From Pocillopora damicornis (taxonomy: Eukaryota), in assembly GCF_003704095.1 (NCBI RefSeq), contig NW_020845065.1, forward strand, positions 62,001 through 126,000: a DNA stretch of 64,000 bases, written 5' to 3'. This document shows, piece by piece, positions 61,801 through 64,000 of the stretch; positions within the stretch are counted from its first letter, which is position 1; each line of letters begins with the position of its first letter. Under the pieces are notes generated by a model that had not been told where the DNA came from, did not search any database, and worked only from the letters and a program-made list of their open reading frames with translations. A program made the translations under genes and the position numbers.

Positions 61801-63884
61801 TACAGACGTGTCTACAGAAGACATCAGTGCCCTTCTTTCGGAGAGTAACACGACAATTAGTGTTTATACTTACAGTTTACTAGGCGGAACATCAAATAAC
61901 ATCTCGGCGATGGACGAACACTCTGTAAACAGACTTAAGCAAATGGCCCGAACAACTAATGGAAAATATGAAGTAAGTTGTTTTGGGGTAGTTTTTAAAG
62001 CTTTAACGTAGGTATAATCAGTTGTACTGCCGTCAGCCAGAAGACGTGATTGTAAAAACCACCAAATATTACCAAAAACTGGAAATTTAAACAGCACCAA
62101 GTAGTCACTTAGTGGATCTTACAGAGTTTCATGCAGCTAAAAGTTTAAGTTTCCAGAAAATAAGTACTATAACAAAACAAAAACCAAATTGTCATGTGTA
62201 TCGTTAATGAATCAAAGCTTTAGCATCAAGTGGATGACTTTTTATTCAGGCCTCTATATATTGTGCCTCTTTCTAGAGTATCACAGATTATCGAAAGCTG
62301 GCCTTCTCTATGGGTCGCTTTTACAGGAATATTCCCAGCAGTAAGAAAAGCGACGAAGGACCGAGAGTAAGTAAAGACAAATCAAAGAGTGTCATTTATT
62401 TTTTTAGAAAATGCACAGATCTTCTAGCGTCAGAGTGTCAGTTTGCAGGTAGCTGTCTATGGTACAAAACAGCGAACAACATTGGGCATGCGTGAATGGA
62501 TCAATTTTTGCCAGCCGCGCGCAGATTTCCCGCGCAAAAATGTAAAGGAAAACATGAGAAATAACCGGTGCCACCTAATATTGAACGCATGTATTTCGTT
62601 AAATAGTCATTTGCTTCTTAACGCTTTCGACGTCTTCATTTCATTGACAAGTAAAATGTTTTGTGAACATTGTTCTTCCAGCTGTCGTCTCCTCAGTTTG
62701 CTGAGAGATTAGGAATGTACGTGACACTTGGAGTTCCGTGTTACAGCAAGGACGAGGTATGTCTCATCACTGTTTAAATTCGGCAGAAAACCTCTTAGCC
62801 AGTGAAGGGTTAAAACACGCCCAAGTCAGAGATATTCAGAAAACTGTGTTACAAAAGCAAGCATCTTGCAGAACAGAATCTTGAATAGGATGTGGGTGTT
62901 AAAAACAATGCCAACAGATTAACATGTGAGTTTGAATATTTGGTCTAAGAGAACAATGAATTTGCATTAATTTTTAGCACAAATGCTTGGTCAAAAGAAT
63001 CATGTCGGCTTAGTAAAACAATATCAGAAAAGCTATAGCTAGTGACATGTTATCTTGTGGAATATACTCTATACTCGTTTCATGTTCGTTTTATTTATCC
63101 GTTCTCTTTCCAGTCTTTAATTGGTGTTGTGGGAATCGACATAGCTTTGAGTGAGCTCCTTCAAAACACTGTGGTGAGCAAGCACTATTTTCCTTCAGAA
63201 TTTTATGCGCTACATTTTAACTATTCTTTCACAAAAGTTTCAGCTTCATTTATCAAACTTTTATTACAGTCGTTTGGTCCCGGTGAATTGTCGTACACCT
63301 TCGTTATCGAAACCGAGAATGGCCGAGCTCTGGTTCATCCCCAACTTCCCGAACCTGAGGAAATTCAGGAAGAGCCGGTGGTGATAATTATCAGTGACCT
63401 GGAAACTAGTCCTGGTAAGAGATGATTCTTAGCCATGTTTAGTCCTTACGAGTGTTATGAGAACCCTACACAGGGGGGGAGGCGGAAGGAAAGAGAGATT
63501 GGAGCGGGCAGAACGCGTGACGATTTCCATAGATTTTGATACCGTCAAATCTGGAGAACCTCGACTGTATTCTTATTTTCCCTATCTGCAACACTAAATT
63601 ATTCCCATCCTTGAGTAATGTGTAGATGTGTGAGCTCTATCAATACTTCAAACAGATGTTACTGGGACAGCGCGAGACTGACACTGAAATCTCGCTATGC
63701 TGCGACATGTTCTCTCACCTGCATGGTTCGTCATCTTACGCCTTTGGCTTTCATATTTATTACTTGTGTTATAGGCTTTTCCGAAATCCTTGCTTCCATG
63801 ATGAGGAGAGAAACCGGCAGCAAGACTTTAAGATCTGAGAGGGTGTTATCGCGGGGAGACCCGAATTTTAATGGTACGGCAATG
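52858..63884 (+). CDS. VWA + Cache domain protein (alpha2delta/CACHD1-like) with extra N-terminal carboxypeptidase-regulatory-like and YfaP-like modules; 3' partial (854 aa in window)
   Basis: 18 phase-consistent GT-AG exons: 52858-52944 (signal peptide MCSTFIIVVGILTAAINFCEVCS), 54488-54643, 55505-55735, 57404-57647, 57896-58177, 58691-58944, 59567-59599, 59666-59752, 60237-60339, 60458-60630, 60848-60978, 61462-61570, 61781-61972, 62277-62366, 62682-62756, 63114-63173, 63270-63414, 63775-63884. Motifs KWQYF...FPA, QPWY...PKNVVILFDISYSM (VWA), LIGVVGIDI and YTFVI...GRALVHP (Cache). Continues past the window. Confidence 0.85.
55880..56966 (+). mobile_element. Penelope-like element, internally deleted (RT fragment + GIY-YIG endonuclease + 3' terminus)
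   Basis: YYKQTNGVAMGTKMGPSYANLFIGFIE (RT), then RGYP, IPFTLTFYP, CARSRCETC, HFTCTSANV, LYIGETG, RHFNLPNHS, GTLNPHGIN; ends with gagctaacgctcgaaacgtcagc terminal motif. Lies in intron 3 of the VWA-Cache gene. Confidence 0.92.
58972..59174. mobile_element. MITE with agcagttttcaattgagtgtcg-type TIRs (related copies ~28870-29060, 57068-57335)
   Basis: agcagttgtcaattgaatgtcg ... cgacactcaatcgaaaagcactcta inverted termini; internal ctgattgg/ccaatc motifs. Confidence 0.7.
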
Positions 63885-64000
63885 GTATTAGTAATGGCAC
63901 CTGGAATGAGTCCTCCAAAGCGACAACAAGATTATTTAGCAGAATCCTTACTATCGAGATTCATAATACTAGAACTGAATAATAATGGCTAATGAATGCA

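Noticed and set aside
1-64000. CRISPR arrays, operons, rRNA or intact tRNA genes, prokaryotic defence systems
   Set aside because: The sequence is spliced animal genomic DNA and no repeat-spacer array or structural RNA gene was seen. The bacterial-like domain is interrupted by spliceosomal introns, so it is not contamination.

Overview
Eukaryotic, AT-rich, intron-containing animal DNA. The repeat families and gene content suggest a scleractinian coral such as a pocilloporid; this is inference from recalled repeats and not verified. Seven genes were reconstructed by hand from splice sites: (1) a BNIP2/caytaxin/PRUNE2-like BCH-domain gene (+, 3006-9156); (2) AP-3 sigma subunit (-, 12651-15590); (3) intronless CACYBP (-, 17417-18064), head-to-head with (4) a 29-exon Golgi alpha-mannosidase II (+, 18281-35174); (5) LHFPL2-like (+, 44007-45231); (6) PRUNE exopolyphosphatase (+, 47651-51385); and (7) a secreted/cell-surface VWA-Cache (alpha2delta/CACHD1-like) gene running off the window end (+, from 52858). 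Mobile DNA includes two LINE fragments, an internally deleted Penelope element, Penelope-derived termini with minimal hammerhead-like cores, a very decayed large transposase relic, a SINE and many MITEs. Best leads: the alpha2delta/CACHD1-like protein has a bacterial-style carboxypeptidase-regulatory-like plus YfaP/DUF2135-like N-terminal module and a remodelled ligand pocket; PRUNE and a giant-exon BCH gene are linked but unfused (the two halves of vertebrate PRUNE2); and the PRUNE intron that splits the DHH aspartate has a TT instead of a GT donor.
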